Assembly: GCA_964522665.1 (NCBI GenBank)
Contig: CAZFVY010000008.1
Span: forward strand, 29,655-93,654
Reading direction: 5' to 3'
Source of the DNA: an uncultured Verrucomicrobiota bacterium
GTDB taxonomy: Bacteria; Verrucomicrobiota; Verrucomicrobiia; Limisphaerales; CAZFVY01
Length of the DNA: 64,000 nucleotides
The notes under the pieces are model-generated. The model saw nothing but the letters and a program-made list of their open reading frames with translations, was not told the DNA's origin and made no database searches. The translations under genes were made by a program, and so were the position numbers. This document shows, piece after piece, positions 9,725 to 20,139 of the stretch (position 1 is the first letter of the stretch; every line of letters begins with the position of its first letter).

Positions 9725-10591
9725 ATGAAGATCATCACGGACGAACGCTGCGTGGGCTATTCATCGCCGGGACACCCCGAACGCCCGGCGCGCATCACCG
9801 GCACGCTCGAATTGCTGCGGCGGCAGACTGAATTACCGATCACTTGGGACAAGCCGCTGGAGGTTCCGGAAGCAAGCATCTTGCGGGCGCATACCGCGGA
9901 ACACCTGGCGCATGTCAAGTCGGCCCACGCGGCCTTCGACGGTGACACGCCGGCGCACCCCGGGATTTTCGACCATGCCACCCGTTCCGTCGGCGGCGGT
10001 TTGCAGGCTTTGAAAGCGGCGCGGGCGAGCGAGACCGCGTTCAGCCTGCTGCGCCCGCCAGGGCATCATGCCACGAGCGAGCGGGCGATGGGCTTCTGCT
10101 ACCTCAACTCCATCGCGATCGCGGTCCTCGAGGCGGCGGCGACCGGCTCGAACCGCGTCGCCGTATTCGACTTCGACGTGCATCACGGCAACGGCACGGA
10201 AGCCATCCTGCTCGACCGCCCGAAGGTGGCCTTCTATTCGATACATCAACATCCCTGTTATCCCGGTACGGGGACGGCGGACGTGGGGAGCAATTGTCAC
10301 AATTATCCGGTTCCGCCGGCGACGCCGCGTGACGAATATCGAAAGATTCTCACGCGCGCGTTCGACGACCTTAAGAAGTTTAAGCCGGACATGATCGCGG
10401 TCTCGGCCGGATTTGACGCCTACGCCCGCGATCCGCTCGCGCAGGAGACGCTGGAGGCGGAGGATTATCATTGGCTCGGCCAAACCATTCGCGGCCTTGG
10501 CGTACCGGCCTTTAGTCTGTTGGAAGGTGGATATAGCCGCGATTTGCCGGAATTGATCCTCGCGTATTTGAAAGGGCTGGAAGGAAAGTGA
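9725..10591 (+). CDS. histone deacetylase-family (arginase-fold) deacetylase
   Basis: Motifs LRPPGHHA, FDFDVHHGNGT and SAGFDAY..DPL; length 288 aa. Confidence 0.9.
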   Translation: MKIITDERCVGYSSPGHPERPARITGTLELLRRQTELPITWDKPLEVPEASILRAHTAEHLAHVKSAHAAFDGDTPAHPGIFDHATRSVGGGLQALKAARASETAFSLLRPPGHHATSERAMGFCYLNSIAIAVLEAAATGSNRVAVFDFDVHHGNGTEAILLDRPKVAFYSIHQHPCYPGTGTADVGSNCHNYPVPPATPRDEYRKILTRAFDDLKKFKPDMIAVSAGFDAYARDPLAQETLEAEDYHWLGQTIRGLGVPAFSLLEGGYSRDLPELILAYLKGLEGK

Positions 10592-10690
10592 CACCGTCAC
10601 CGAGCAGCTCGGGTGGGGTGTCGGCGGTTCTCTAAAACGGGCGAGCGTCGCCTCGTTTCAACCGCTGAGCCGGTGTCGCCGGCGGCGGCG

Positions 10691-12868
10691 TTACGCTCGC
10701 ATCGCGCCAATCGCCGGGTCGGTTTTGCTGGGGCGGTTGGTCTCCAGGTGACCGGCAAACTGCCGCAAGAACTGAGCGTCGCCCGCCAGCGTCACTGACA
10801 GATCGTACCAGTGATCGGACGCGGCCAAGTCCCAGATGTCGCGCGCACTGGCTCCCGCGGCGACCCGAATCGCGCGCCGCCACGCCTGGCCGCCTGCGAC
10901 GCGATATGGCTCGGCCAGCGTGATTTCAAAATCGCACGGGGACGCTCCGCGATTCTCCAGAATTAGCGTCACCTGCCCAGCGGCGGCGGCGTATTCGAGT
11001 CGGATGTCCGCGCTCTGAACCGCGGCGCCCGCCGCAACATCACCGCGGAAGCGGCGGAAGAATCCGTTGGGGCCGTGCAGGCTGAGATCGAGCGCCGAAA
11101 GCGTTGAAGCGTCGTGCCATTGGCTCGTCGAGTAGTTCTGCCCGCTTCCGATGGTATAACGCCACGGTCCGCCACGGTCGGTATTATCATACACTTGGAA
11201 CGCGACCCCGGCGGTTCCAGCGTTGGCCATTTCAATCCAGAATTTGCCGTCGGTTACGCGGCCGTGGGCGTGAAGCTCGTAGGGGAGCGGCCGCGCGGGG
11301 CGTTGAGCGGCGTCCTGCGCGGTCGGCGCCTGTCGCGTCGGAATCGTCAGCTTTGCCGCGGCGCGCGACCGGGCCACGCGTTGGAGAAAGTCCGCCGTGC
11401 TGGGCAGATTGAGGCCGGTCCAATCCTGATTGGGCGTGTGGAAATCGAACGTGGAAGTCAAATCCCCACAAATGGTTCGGCGCCAGTCGCTGATGTTCTC
11501 CTCGCGCACGCCGAAGCGCCGTTCCAGAAACCGCAGCGTGGAAGTGTGATCGAAGACCTCCGAGCAAACCCACCCGCCGCGCGACCACGGCGAAACGATG
11601 ATCGCGGGCACCCGCATCCCCAAGCCGACCGGATGCGCGCCTAAGTTGGAGAATTTGCGATCCCGGTACTCCTTCGCTTCCCCGGCGACGGAAACCGTGC
11701 TGTAACCTTCGCTTGGATGCAAGGGCGGCAGCGGCGGCGGCAGGTGGTCGAAGAACCCGCCGGTTTCGTCGTAGTTGATGATAAACGCGGTCTTGGCGAA
11801 CATTTCGGGATGGTCCACGAGCGCCTCGATGAGTTGGGCGCAAATGTGTTCGCCTTTTGACGGCTCGTGCTCGGGGTGCTCAGAAAGCTCGGCCGCGGTA
11901 ACGATCCAGGAGACTTGCGGAAGTTGTCCCGACGCGAGGTCCGCGCGAAAGGCGGCGACCAGTTGCTCGCCGTCGGAGCGTTTGCAGTCGCGGCCGTTGG
12001 GGATGTGCTCCGACACCCATGAGCGGCCCCGGCGGTAGAGCGGTGAATTCTTATCGCTCATTCCCCGGAAAGGCGCGAATACGGAAAGCAGGTTGTCCTG
12101 AAAATTGTCGTATTCCTGATATACCTTCCAACTGATCCCCCGCTCTTCCAGCCGCTCCGGGTAAGTTTTCCAGGGCAACGGACCACGAGGGAGCGGCTTG
12201 TCGGTCGCCATGTCGGACGTCGGCGTTTGGGCCTCGCCATAGTTGTCCATCTCGGGATCGCCGAGCGCCTTGCCGCCGCCGTTGCAACCAGTCCAGAGGT
12301 GCATCCGATTGGGATAGGTTTGCGTCAACGTCGAGCAATGATAGTGGTCGCAAATCGTGAACGCGCTCGCCAGCGCGTAGTAGAACGGCAGGTCCTTCGC
12401 CGTGTAATGGACCATGCGCTGGTGCAATTCCTGGCTGTGGCCCCATTGATCAAACTTGCCGCCATTCAGAATTGTCAGACTCGCCTGATGCCCTTGGTTC
12501 GAGCCATCCACTCGAAAAGATCGCGTCGCGGACGAATCACCGTGGAACGGCATCACGTAGCCGTCCGGGTGCTGCGCGCCGGGTTGCCGCCAAACCGACG
12601 CGCCGCCCGGCAAGCGGATCGCGCGCGGGTCGCCGAAACCGCGCACGCCATTCAAGGCCCCAAAATAGTGGTCGAACGAGCGATTCTCCTGCATGAAGAT
12701 CACGACGTGCTCGACGTCCATGATCGAGCCGGTCGCGTTGTTCGCGGGCACCGCGAGCGCCCGTCGAACCGTGACGGGGATGAGTGACAGCGCGGAGCCT
12801 GCGGCGACCGCCCCCGCGGTGAGCTTGAGGAAACGACGCCGGTGAATGGGCGGTCCAGAAAAATTCAT
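10691..12868 (-). CDS. phosphocholine-type (non-haemolytic) phospholipase C / phosphoesterase family, Tat-secreted
   Basis: Twin-arginine signal MNFSGPPIHRRRFLKLTAGAVAAG and the phosphoesterase motif VVIFMQENRSFDHYFG. Length ~725 aa with a duplicated C-terminal domain. The ATG at 12868 is preferred over the ORF start at 12913. Confidence 0.85.
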   Translation of the reverse strand: MNFSGPPIHRRRFLKLTAGAVAAGSALSLIPVTVRRALAVPANNATGSIMDVEHVVIFMQENRSFDHYFGALNGVRGFGDPRAIRLPGGASVWRQPGAQHPDGYVMPFHGDSSATRSFRVDGSNQGHQASLTILNGGKFDQWGHSQELHQRMVHYTAKDLPFYYALASAFTICDHYHCSTLTQTYPNRMHLWTGCNGGGKALGDPEMDNYGEAQTPTSDMATDKPLPRGPLPWKTYPERLEERGISWKVYQEYDNFQDNLLSVFAPFRGMSDKNSPLYRRGRSWVSEHIPNGRDCKRSDGEQLVAAFRADLASGQLPQVSWIVTAAELSEHPEHEPSKGEHICAQLIEALVDHPEMFAKTAFIINYDETGGFFDHLPPPLPPLHPSEGYSTVSVAGEAKEYRDRKFSNLGAHPVGLGMRVPAIIVSPWSRGGWVCSEVFDHTSTLRFLERRFGVREENISDWRRTICGDLTSTFDFHTPNQDWTGLNLPSTADFLQRVARSRAAAKLTIPTRQAPTAQDAAQRPARPLPYELHAHGRVTDGKFWIEMANAGTAGVAFQVYDNTDRGGPWRYTIGSGQNYSTSQWHDASTLSALDLSLHGPNGFFRRFRGDVAAGAAVQSADIRLEYAAAAGQVTLILENRGASPCDFEITLAEPYRVAGGQAWRRAIRVAAGASARDIWDLAASDHWYDLSVTLAGDAQFLRQFAGHLETNRPSKTDPAIGAMRA

Positions 12869-12940
12869 TTTCACAACGGCGGAAACGTAGTTCTCACCGC
12901 CGCCCGGGCGCAAGCAAGCAGAAGCAAAGGCGCCAATTTG

Positions 12941-14869
12941 TCACTTCAACTCGAGGCGGCCCCAATCTTCCGGACGACCCTGCACGCCGGGGCGGGGCGA
13001 CCAGGCGATGCGCGATTTGTTGATGTTTTCGCCGGGCGCCGCGTCGCGTTTGTCGCCGTCGTAGATGATTAAATTGAAGCCGAGCGTTTTGCCCGGGCGA
13101 TAGACGAAACCGATCTCCTCGAACGGTATCGCCGCCTGGACGCGGTAGCCATCCGGCGTGCGCGCTGACGCCAAGCGCGTGCGCGGCGCGGTTTCCTCAA
13201 CCAGTCCCTGCCGCGCGTCCGCGTCGCGCGCGCCGCGCACGGCGCCGGTCGAATCGAACGGAAAGATGCCCAGTTTGTAGCAACCCATCGTGTGTTCGGC
13301 GCCACCGACGGGGTCGAGGCAGATCTCGACGGAATCGCTACGCCAATGGCCTTTGATGTCGTTGGGCGCGATGTTCGAGACCACGACGTCATCCTTGACG
13401 ATCACGTCCACGAACAAACGCCGCCGATCGTGCGCCAGATGGAACACCGCGCTGCTGTCGGCTTCGCCCGTCACTTTGCCCTCGGCGAGATCAGTCGGGT
13501 TCACGCGCAACGCCGGAATTGTCTCCCAGCCGCGATCGGTTCCATCGATGGCTGGCGCCGTTGAGACGCGCGCGACCGTGGCGCGGGGAACCAGATGCAC
13601 GCGCGCGACCGCCTGGCGAGCCGCGCCGGGAAGGGTCAATATTGCAGTAAGATCAACATCTTGGTGGGAGCCCGCCGGCGGCGTCACCTGAAATTGAAAG
13701 CTGACATTGGTTTGCCCCGCCGCGCGAACGGCCTGGCGCGGCGGAGCGACCACCCAGCCCGCCGGCGCGGCCAGCGCGATCTCACCGCGCAAGGGCGTGG
13801 ACTCGCGATTCGCCAACTCGAGGCGCAAAACATTCGCCTGCCCGGCGACCAGCGGCAGATCGGCCTGGAATTTGGCCGCGACGTGTTCGATCCGCTGCGC
13901 TTTGACCCAGCGCAGATACTCCGCGACCGCGGGACGTGGGACAAAGGTGAGTTCGAGTGGGGGTGGATTGGACGGCGCCACAAATGCGATTGGGGTCGCA
14001 GCGGCATCAGGAATGGGCAACCCGCGCAAGAGATCGTCCTCCTCCAGGCCGGTAACCGGCACGCAACTCTTGACCAACGTCAGCGTCTGCGGCCGCCGCA
14101 GCCACGGCGCGTTCGCAAAGTTGCCGAATCCCTGAGATCGATGATTCGAGCCGGCCAGCGCCGCCACTTGGCCGGGCGTTCGCCCATCCGGCAGCGAACG
14201 ATCCATCGCGATGCGGACGAGGACCCCGCCGCTGTCGCCCCCGTAATACAGCTTGCGCGGTTGCCAGACGGTGAGTCCTTCTTTGGTCAGTTGCTCGGGA
14301 AAGCGCCGCGCGTCCGCGGCCGCGCTAAAGGCCTCGGTCGCCAACACAGCGGCAGCTTGATGATGCCCATGCTGACCAGGGCGCGGCGCGGGATTCATGG
14401 TCACGATCACCTCGGGGCGGAGCGTTCGCACCAAGCGGACCAATTTGCCGAGCGTTTCTTCCCGTCCCCAATTCTGAAACGTCGCCGCGAGACTCTCGGT
14501 GTAAGCCCAATCAAGGCGGTCCAGAAAGAAGCAATAACGGACCCCAATCGTGTTGAGCGCGTCGCGCAGTTCCGCTTCTCGCAGAACGCCCAGCGCCGCG
14601 CCCCACTGCGTCCCGACCATATTGCCGCCCCCTTCCCCGCGCGTGCAATAAACGTTTGCCACGACCCCGCCTTTGCCGCGCGCGTACCAGGCCAGCGCGC
14701 CCGCGACGCCGGTCTCGTCGTCGGGATGCGCGAAGACCGCCATAATGTCGGTCTTCAACAAGGCGGCGCCCTGCTTGGGGAGAGCCGCGGGTTCGGCGGC
14801 CACGAGCGGCGCCGAGGCTAAGGCCAAGACAAGGGCGAGCCATTGATGAGGGAACGGATTTAGATTCAC
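12941..14869 (-). CDS. PIG-L/LmbE-family deacetylase fused to NEW3-like and CBM9/DOMON-like domains, secreted
   Basis: The AVFAHPDDE motif plus HHQAA fits PIG-L. The C-terminus (APAIDGTDRGWETIP...DSVEICLDP...GFNLIIYDGD) is CBM9-like. A GTG at 14869 gives a clean signal peptide (NLNPFPHQWLALVLALASAPLVAAEP). The track ORF instead starts at a TTG at 14992. Confidence 0.7.
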   Translation of the reverse strand: MNLNPFPHQWLALVLALASAPLVAAEPAALPKQGAALLKTDIMAVFAHPDDETGVAGALAWYARGKGGVVANVYCTRGEGGGNMVGTQWGAALGVLREAELRDALNTIGVRYCFFLDRLDWAYTESLAATFQNWGREETLGKLVRLVRTLRPEVIVTMNPAPRPGQHGHHQAAAVLATEAFSAAADARRFPEQLTKEGLTVWQPRKLYYGGDSGGVLVRIAMDRSLPDGRTPGQVAALAGSNHRSQGFGNFANAPWLRRPQTLTLVKSCVPVTGLEEDDLLRGLPIPDAAATPIAFVAPSNPPPLELTFVPRPAVAEYLRWVKAQRIEHVAAKFQADLPLVAGQANVLRLELANRESTPLRGEIALAAPAGWVVAPPRQAVRAAGQTNVSFQFQVTPPAGSHQDVDLTAILTLPGAARQAVARVHLVPRATVARVSTAPAIDGTDRGWETIPALRVNPTDLAEGKVTGEADSSAVFHLAHDRRRLFVDVIVKDDVVVSNIAPNDIKGHWRSDSVEICLDPVGGAEHTMGCYKLGIFPFDSTGAVRGARDADARQGLVEETAPRTRLASARTPDGYRVQAAIPFEEIGFVYRPGKTLGFNLIIYDGDKRDAAPGENINKSRIAWSPRPGVQGRPEDWGRLELK

Positions 14870-14947
14870 AAAAATAGATTTACCCGGAGCGATGTCGAAA
14901 GGCAGCCCCAAACGGAGATTTGGCAGGCGGCTAGACGCAACATAGCG

Positions 14948-14975
14948 TGGACGAAGATGGACGAAGATGGACGAG
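14948..14975. repeat. 10-bp tandem repeat (atggacgaag, ~2.7 copies)
   Basis: The direct read is gtggacgaagatggacgaagatggacgag. It is followed at ~15008-15025 by the palindrome gcgggtctgcgacccgc. Confidence 0.6.
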
Positions 14976-15189
14976 CTTAGGCGAATCGGCAAGCGCGGGG
15001 ACGGAGCGCGGGTCTGCGACCCGCAGTGGCGGCTTCCCGCAGCCGGCGTCCTTCGAGCGAGATGCCCGTTCGGGGTTAGGCCGTGCTGCGGTTCACAGAA
15101 CCGCGCGCCGGGAGGAGAGGGAACGCAGGGCGGAATGAGTCACCCATAGGTTCCGCCGGTTGCCTCCGGTTGCGGCCCTCAAAAATACG

Positions 15190-16047
15190 TCAATTCCGCT
15201 TGGTTGAGGTCCGCTCGGCGAGCCAAATCACGTCCGGGTTATTTGGTGAGGCGTAGTTCAACTGCAGATTGTTGTTATAATGAATGGGCGGTTTGGTGCG
15301 CGCGTCCAGCCAGCGGCGAATTTGGGCGTGGCCGTCGGCGAAGGAGATGCCCGCCGCGCCGTTGTGATAGGCGGCCGGAACGTCGATCACCCGCGCCGCG
15401 GCCGGATTTTCGACCATTTGATTCGCAAAACCGCCAGCGTTGATCCCGTCCGGATGTTCGTCCAGCAACACGAACAGCCCCGAGGGTCCGGGCGTGGTCA
15501 TGTCGCTGGTCTTCAGGTAGGTCTGGTAGGTCTTTTGCTGGTCGTTGTAGTTTGGTGGCGCCAGCCAACCGCCCGGCCCACCGAAGGCCTGGCTCATGCT
15601 CATGCTGCGCACGCGGGGATAGACGTTCGCGCCAAATTTTACCGTGCTTCGATCCGCCGGGCACTTGTAAACCCCGGCGGCGTGCAAATAAGGGCCGAAG
15701 GCCGCGTATTTCGGGTCGATCAAATAAAGGATGTTCGTGTTATCGGGGCTCGAATAATCGAGCCAACCCCAGACCCAGGCATGCGGCTCGGTCCCCGTGT
15801 TGCCGGGCGCCGTCACGTAGCCGTTATTATCGTCGGCGTACATGATCCAGACCACCTGCAACTGCTTCAAATTGCTCATGCACTGAATCCCCTGCGCCTT
15901 TGTCTTGGCCTTGCCCAAGGCGGGCAACAGCATGCTCGCCAAAATCGCGATGATCGCGATCACGACCAGCAGTTCGATCAGGGTAAACCCATCGCGGCGG
16001 AGGTAACGCCTCTTGCCGCCGTCAGAATTGGCGCGGTTCAGCATCAT
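15190..16047 (-). CDS. prepilin-type N-terminal cleavage/methylation-domain protein (H-X9-DG / DUF1559-like pseudopilin)
   Basis: N-terminal [33 protein letters not shown] and C-terminal H-x9-DG-like motif ([15 protein letters not shown]). The start was chosen at MMLNRAN (16047); the ORF extends to 16131. Confidence 0.8.
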   Translation of the reverse strand: MMLNRANSDGGKRRYLRRDGFTLIELLVVIAIIAILASMLLPALGKAKTKAQGIQCMSNLKQLQVVWIMYADDNNGYVTAPGNTGTEPHAWVWGWLDYSSPDNTNILYLIDPKYAAFGPYLHAAGVYKCPADRSTVKFGANVYPRVRSMSMSQAFGGPGGWLAPPNYNDQQKTYQTYLKTSDMTTPGPSGLFVLLDEHPDGINAGGFANQMVENPAAARVIDVPAAYHNGAAGISFADGHAQIRRWLDARTKPPIHYNNNLQLNYASPNNPDVIWLAERTSTKRN

Positions 16048-16127
16048 AAAGGAGAGTGCGGTAATCATTACCGGAAGGGGCAAGTATTGGCCAGCAGAAT
16101 CGACCGCAAAATCGGCTAACAAAAGGA

Positions 16128-16607
16128 TCACTTCTTAATCGCGTTGAACTGTTCCCGGATCGCTTCAACTCGCCGCCGGTTGACGCCGTAGTCGGAAGTT
16201 CCCACGCGGGAGGCTGAGCGAACTTGAATGACGGCGCCCGTGGCGAAAAACTCGACGTCATCGGCGAATCGAAAAAACGCGCTGCGGAATTCGGCGCGCA
16301 GGTAGCCATTCGTTTCGAGGACGAGCGTGGCCCGCGGTTGATGGCGCAGCACCTCTTTTAATGAGGCAAGCGCCGGCGCGGAGGGGCCGGTAAAATGGAG
16401 CGGTTCGATCAAGTGTCGGCGGTCCTCGCTCTCGCTCGAAACGCAGTTCGGCGAATCGGGACAGCCAGCGAGTCTTCCGCCTTGCAACCCCAAATCGGTC
16501 GGCGCGGACGAAAACCCGTTAAACGCGATCAAGCCAACGACGAGCAGCGCCGGAACGATGACGGCCGCTCGCGCCATCCGACCAATAATTCCCATTCGCC
16601 CCGCCAT
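16128..16607 (-). CDS. DUF1499-family protein
   Basis: N-terminal anchor followed by [11 protein letters not shown] and the RFADDVEF pattern typical of DUF1499; 159 aa. Confidence 0.55.
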   Translation of the reverse strand: MAGRMGIIGRMARAAVIVPALLVVGLIAFNGFSSAPTDLGLQGGRLAGCPDSPNCVSSESEDRRHLIEPLHFTGPSAPALASLKEVLRHQPRATLVLETNGYLRAEFRSAFFRFADDVEFFATGAVIQVRSASRVGTSDYGVNRRRVEAIREQFNAIKK

Positions 16608-16838
16608 AATTCGTATCGTTGACGATCTTCGACTCTCGCTCGGCGGTCAACGGTGAACGACCAGCACCAACTTGAATAACTTGTGAATTACGGCCGCTTG
16701 AGGCACGGCGTTGGCCGAAGCAAGGTTCTAAGGTGGCCCGAAACCCGGTTGCCGCCGGTCAGCGACGGGGATAGTCTCGCCGGGAAATGATTCCGAAGAG
16801 AACCGCGTCGGGAAGCGTCGGATACTTAAGACCATGAT

Positions 16839-19800
16839 ATGATGCCGATGGATCGAATTGAAACCGACGCGCGGTCGGTGACGCCCGTGGCGCCGCCGTC
16901 GCTCGCGACGATTCTTCGCGCCGCTCGTCGCTCGCGCGCGCTGCCGACGATCGCGCTCTCGGTCATTTTCCTCGCGGCAGGGGCAGGCCGGCTTTCGGCG
17001 CAGGAAGGCAAGCCCGCGGCCACTAGCAAGATCGAGTTCGACCGCGACATCCGGCCGATCCTCTCGGACAATTGCTACAAGTGCCACGGCCCGGACGAGA
17101 AGGCCCGGAAAGCCAAGCTCCGGCTCGATACGAAGGAGGGCGCGTTCCGCGTCAAGGATGGCAAGACGGTGATCGTCGCCGGCAAGAGCGCGGAGAGCGA
17201 AATCGTCCGCCGCATCACCAGCCACGATCCGGACGAGTTGATGCCGCCCCCGGACTCGAACCGCAAATTGACACTGAAGCAGATCGACCTCCTGCGGCGC
17301 TGGGTCGATCAAGGCGCGAAGTGGGCGACGCATTGGGCATTCAATCCGATCCAAGTCACCGCTCCACCCAGCGTCAAAAACAAGAATTGGCCGGTCAACG
17401 CAATCGACCGGTTCGTCCTGGCCCGGCTCGAACGCGAGAAACTGGCGCCGTCGCCCGCGGCCGATCGGGAGCGGCTACTGCGCCGCGTCACGTTCGATCT
17501 CACCGGATTGCCGCCGACGCCCGGCGAGCGCGAAGCGTTCCTCGCGGATCATTCGCCCAACGCCTACGAAGCCATCGTGGATCGCCTGCTGCGTTCACCG
17601 CGCTTCGGCGAGCGGATGGCGACGCGCTGGCTCGACCTTGCGCGTTACGCCGACACCTACGGTTACCAGATGGACGCGCCGCGGCCGATGTGGCCGTATC
17701 GCGATTGGGTCATCAAGGCGTTCAACGAAAACCTGCCGTTCGACCAATTCGTGACCTGGCAACTGGCCGGCGACCTCCTGCCCAACGCGACGCGGGAGCA
17801 ACGCCTCGCCACGGCGTTCAATCGGCTCCACTTGCAGAATGAAGAGGGCGGCGTGGTCGAGGAGGAGTTCCGGGTGGCTTACGTGGTGGATCGCGTCGAT
17901 ACGTTCGGCACGGCTTTTCTCGGTCTGACGTTTGAATGCACCCGTTGCCACGACCACAAGTTCGACCCGCTCACGATGCGCGATTTCTATTCGCTCTTCG
18001 CGATGTTTCAGAATATCGATGAGTCGGGGCAGAATCCCTACACGGGTTTCGTCGTCACGACGCCCGCGCCGTCGTTGTTGCTCACGGACGACGCGACCGA
18101 CGCCCGGCTGGCCGACCTCGCTCGGCAAATCGACGCCAAGGAGCGCCAAATCGGAGCCTTGCGCGAAGCGGCCCGGAGCGCGTTCAGCGAATGGGTCAAG
18201 ACCAAGCCGGCGGCGCCTCCCCTGCCCCAGCCGATGGCGGCGTTCACATTCGACGGTCTTAAGGACGGCGTATTGACGAATCGCGTCGATGCCGCCAAAC
18301 CCGGGCACGCCCACGAAAGTCCGACGCTCATCGCCGGCCACGCGGGACAAGCCGCCGAATTTGATGGCGAAAGCGGGTTTACCTTTCCTGGTTTGGGACA
18401 CTTCAATCGGACCGACGCCTTTTCGATGTCGCTCTGGCTGCGACCGCCGGCGGCGGCCGAGCGGCAGGTTGTTCTGCATCACACCAAGGCGCCGGTGGAC
18501 GCGGGCAGCCGCGGCTACGAATTGCTGCTGGAGGACGGCCGGCCCGCGGTCGGCATCCACCACCAGTGGCCGGGCAGTTCGCTCAAAGTGCGGGCGAAGA
18601 ACGCGCTGCCGACCAACGCGTGGACCCAGGTGGCTTTCACTTACGACGGCTCCAGCCACGCGGCGGGCGTGCGGATCTACCTCGACGGGCGGCCCGTGGA
18701 GACCGAGGTTATTCGCGACAAGCTTCGCAAGGACATCACCTACAACGGCGGCGAGCCGGATCTGGAAATTGGTTTTCGTTTTCGCGACGCCGGTTTCAAG
18801 GGGGGCGCGGTGGACGACTTCCAGATCTTCAATCGCGCTCTCACCCCGATTGAGATGGCGCAAGTCGCCGGACGGAACGAGTTGCAACTGGCCTGGACGA
18901 CGAAGCCCGACGCGCTGTCGCCGGAACAGAAGGAACGCTTGCTCGATTACTACGCCGCGGAAGTTTATCCACCGGGCCGCCAACACGCGGCGGAACTGGC
19001 CGGTCTGCGCGTCGAGCAGAATCGCGTCGTCGATCCTCTTCCGGAAATCATGGTCATGGAGGAATTGCCGCAACCCAAGCCCGCCTATCTCCTGAAGCGT
19101 GGGGCCTACGACGCGCACGGCGACCCGGTAACGGCGAACACGCCGGGAATCCTGCCGCCGTTGCCCGCGGCCGCCCCACGGAACCGGTTGGGCCTGGCCC
19201 AATGGTTGATTTCGGCCGACAACCCGATGTTGGCGCGGGTCACCGTCAACCGCGCCTGGCAGATGATGTTCGGCCGCGGGATCGTCGAGACCGCCGACAA
19301 TTTCGGAGCGCAAGGCGCCTTGCCGACGCATCCCGAGTTGCTCGACTGGCTCGCGCGCGATTTCACCACTTCGGGATGGAATTACAAGGCGCTGCTCAAG
19401 CGCATCGCGATGTCAGCCACCTACCGCCAATCATCGCAGGCCAGCCCGGAGGCGCTCGCGCGCGACCCGGCCAATCGGCTGCTGGCGCGCGGCCCGGCCC
19501 GCCGCTTGACCGCCGAAATGATTCGCGACCAAGCGCTGGCGGACAGCGGCTTGCTCGTGGAGAAACTTGGCGGTCCCAGCGTCAAGCCGTACCAACCGGC
19601 CGGGTTGTGGGAGATCGCCGCGAGCAATCCGCACTACGACCAAGGGCACGGCGACGAGCTGCATCGGCGCAGTCTCTATACGTTCTGGCGCCGGACGATT
19701 CCCCCGCCCGCGATGATCTCGTTCGACGCGCCGGAACGAAATGTCTGCAGCGTCAATCGCCAGAGCACGAGCACGCCGCTCCAGGCGTTGACGCTGCTGA

Positions 19801-20120
19801 ATGATCCGCAGATCGTCGAGGCCGCGCGCCATCTGAGCGAACGGATGCTCGCGACGGGTGGCGCCAGTTTGGACGACCAGATCTCCTGGGCATTCCGGCT
19901 CGTCACCACGCGGCAGCCCAAGCCCGCGGAATTGGCCGTCCTCAAACGGCTTTTCGCCGAACAGCGCGAGCTTTTCGCCGCCGATCCGCAAGCCGCCGCC
20001 CGCCTGCTCGCGGTCGGCGAAAGCGCCAACGACCCCTCGCTGCCGCCCGCGGATTTGGCCGCCGGAACGGCGCTGGCGGAGGCGCTGCTGAACCACGACG
20101 ACGCGATCATGGAGCGCTAG
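16839..20120 (+). CDS. PSCyt (CxxCH) / DUF1549 / LamG-like / DUF1553 protein (PSD1-type)
   Basis: N-terminal haem-c-like [19 protein letters not shown], central [13 protein letters not shown], an inserted concanavalin/LamG-like block (FSMSLWLRP...VAFTYDG...IYLDG) and a C-terminal DUF1553-like region. Confidence 0.85.
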   Translation: MMPMDRIETDARSVTPVAPPSLATILRAARRSRALPTIALSVIFLAAGAGRLSAQEGKPAATSKIEFDRDIRPILSDNCYKCHGPDEKARKAKLRLDTKEGAFRVKDGKTVIVAGKSAESEIVRRITSHDPDELMPPPDSNRKLTLKQIDLLRRWVDQGAKWATHWAFNPIQVTAPPSVKNKNWPVNAIDRFVLARLEREKLAPSPAADRERLLRRVTFDLTGLPPTPGEREAFLADHSPNAYEAIVDRLLRSPRFGERMATRWLDLARYADTYGYQMDAPRPMWPYRDWVIKAFNENLPFDQFVTWQLAGDLLPNATREQRLATAFNRLHLQNEEGGVVEEEFRVAYVVDRVDTFGTAFLGLTFECTRCHDHKFDPLTMRDFYSLFAMFQNIDESGQNPYTGFVVTTPAPSLLLTDDATDARLADLARQIDAKERQIGALREAARSAFSEWVKTKPAAPPLPQPMAAFTFDGLKDGVLTNRVDAAKPGHAHESPTLIAGHAGQAAEFDGESGFTFPGLGHFNRTDAFSMSLWLRPPAAAERQVVLHHTKAPVDAGSRGYELLLEDGRPAVGIHHQWPGSSLKVRAKNALPTNAWTQVAFTYDGSSHAAGVRIYLDGRPVETEVIRDKLRKDITYNGGEPDLEIGFRFRDAGFKGGAVDDFQIFNRALTPIEMAQVAGRNELQLAWTTKPDALSPEQKERLLDYYAAEVYPPGRQHAAELAGLRVEQNRVVDPLPEIMVMEELPQPKPAYLLKRGAYDAHGDPVTANTPGILPPLPAAAPRNRLGLAQWLISADNPMLARVTVNRAWQMMFGRGIVETADNFGAQGALPTHPELLDWLARDFTTSGWNYKALLKRIAMSATYRQSSQASPEALARDPANRLLARGPARRLTAEMIRDQALADSGLLVEKLGGPSVKPYQPAGLWEIAASNPHYDQGHGDELHRRSLYTFWRRTIPPPAMISFDAPERNVCSVNRQSTSTPLQALTLLNDPQIVEAARHLSERMLATGGASLDDQISWAFRLVTTRQPKPAELAVLKRLFAEQRELFAADPQAAARLLAVGESANDPSLPPADLAAGTALAEALLNHDDAIMER

Positions 20121-20139
20121 CCACTTTGAGAACGACCTT

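Noticed and set aside
17595-19331. Long antisense ORFs opposite real genes. Examples: 17595-19331, 23135-24700, 34715-35992, 13595-14821, 15280-16119, 20713-21894, 36260-37099, 50498-51382, 63111-63887 and 47706-48773.
   Set aside because: They overlap genes with clear family signatures on the other strand or frame. Their translations are Arg/Gly/Pro/Ala-rich with no recognisable motifs, which is the expected stop-codon-poor shadow pattern of GC-rich DNA.
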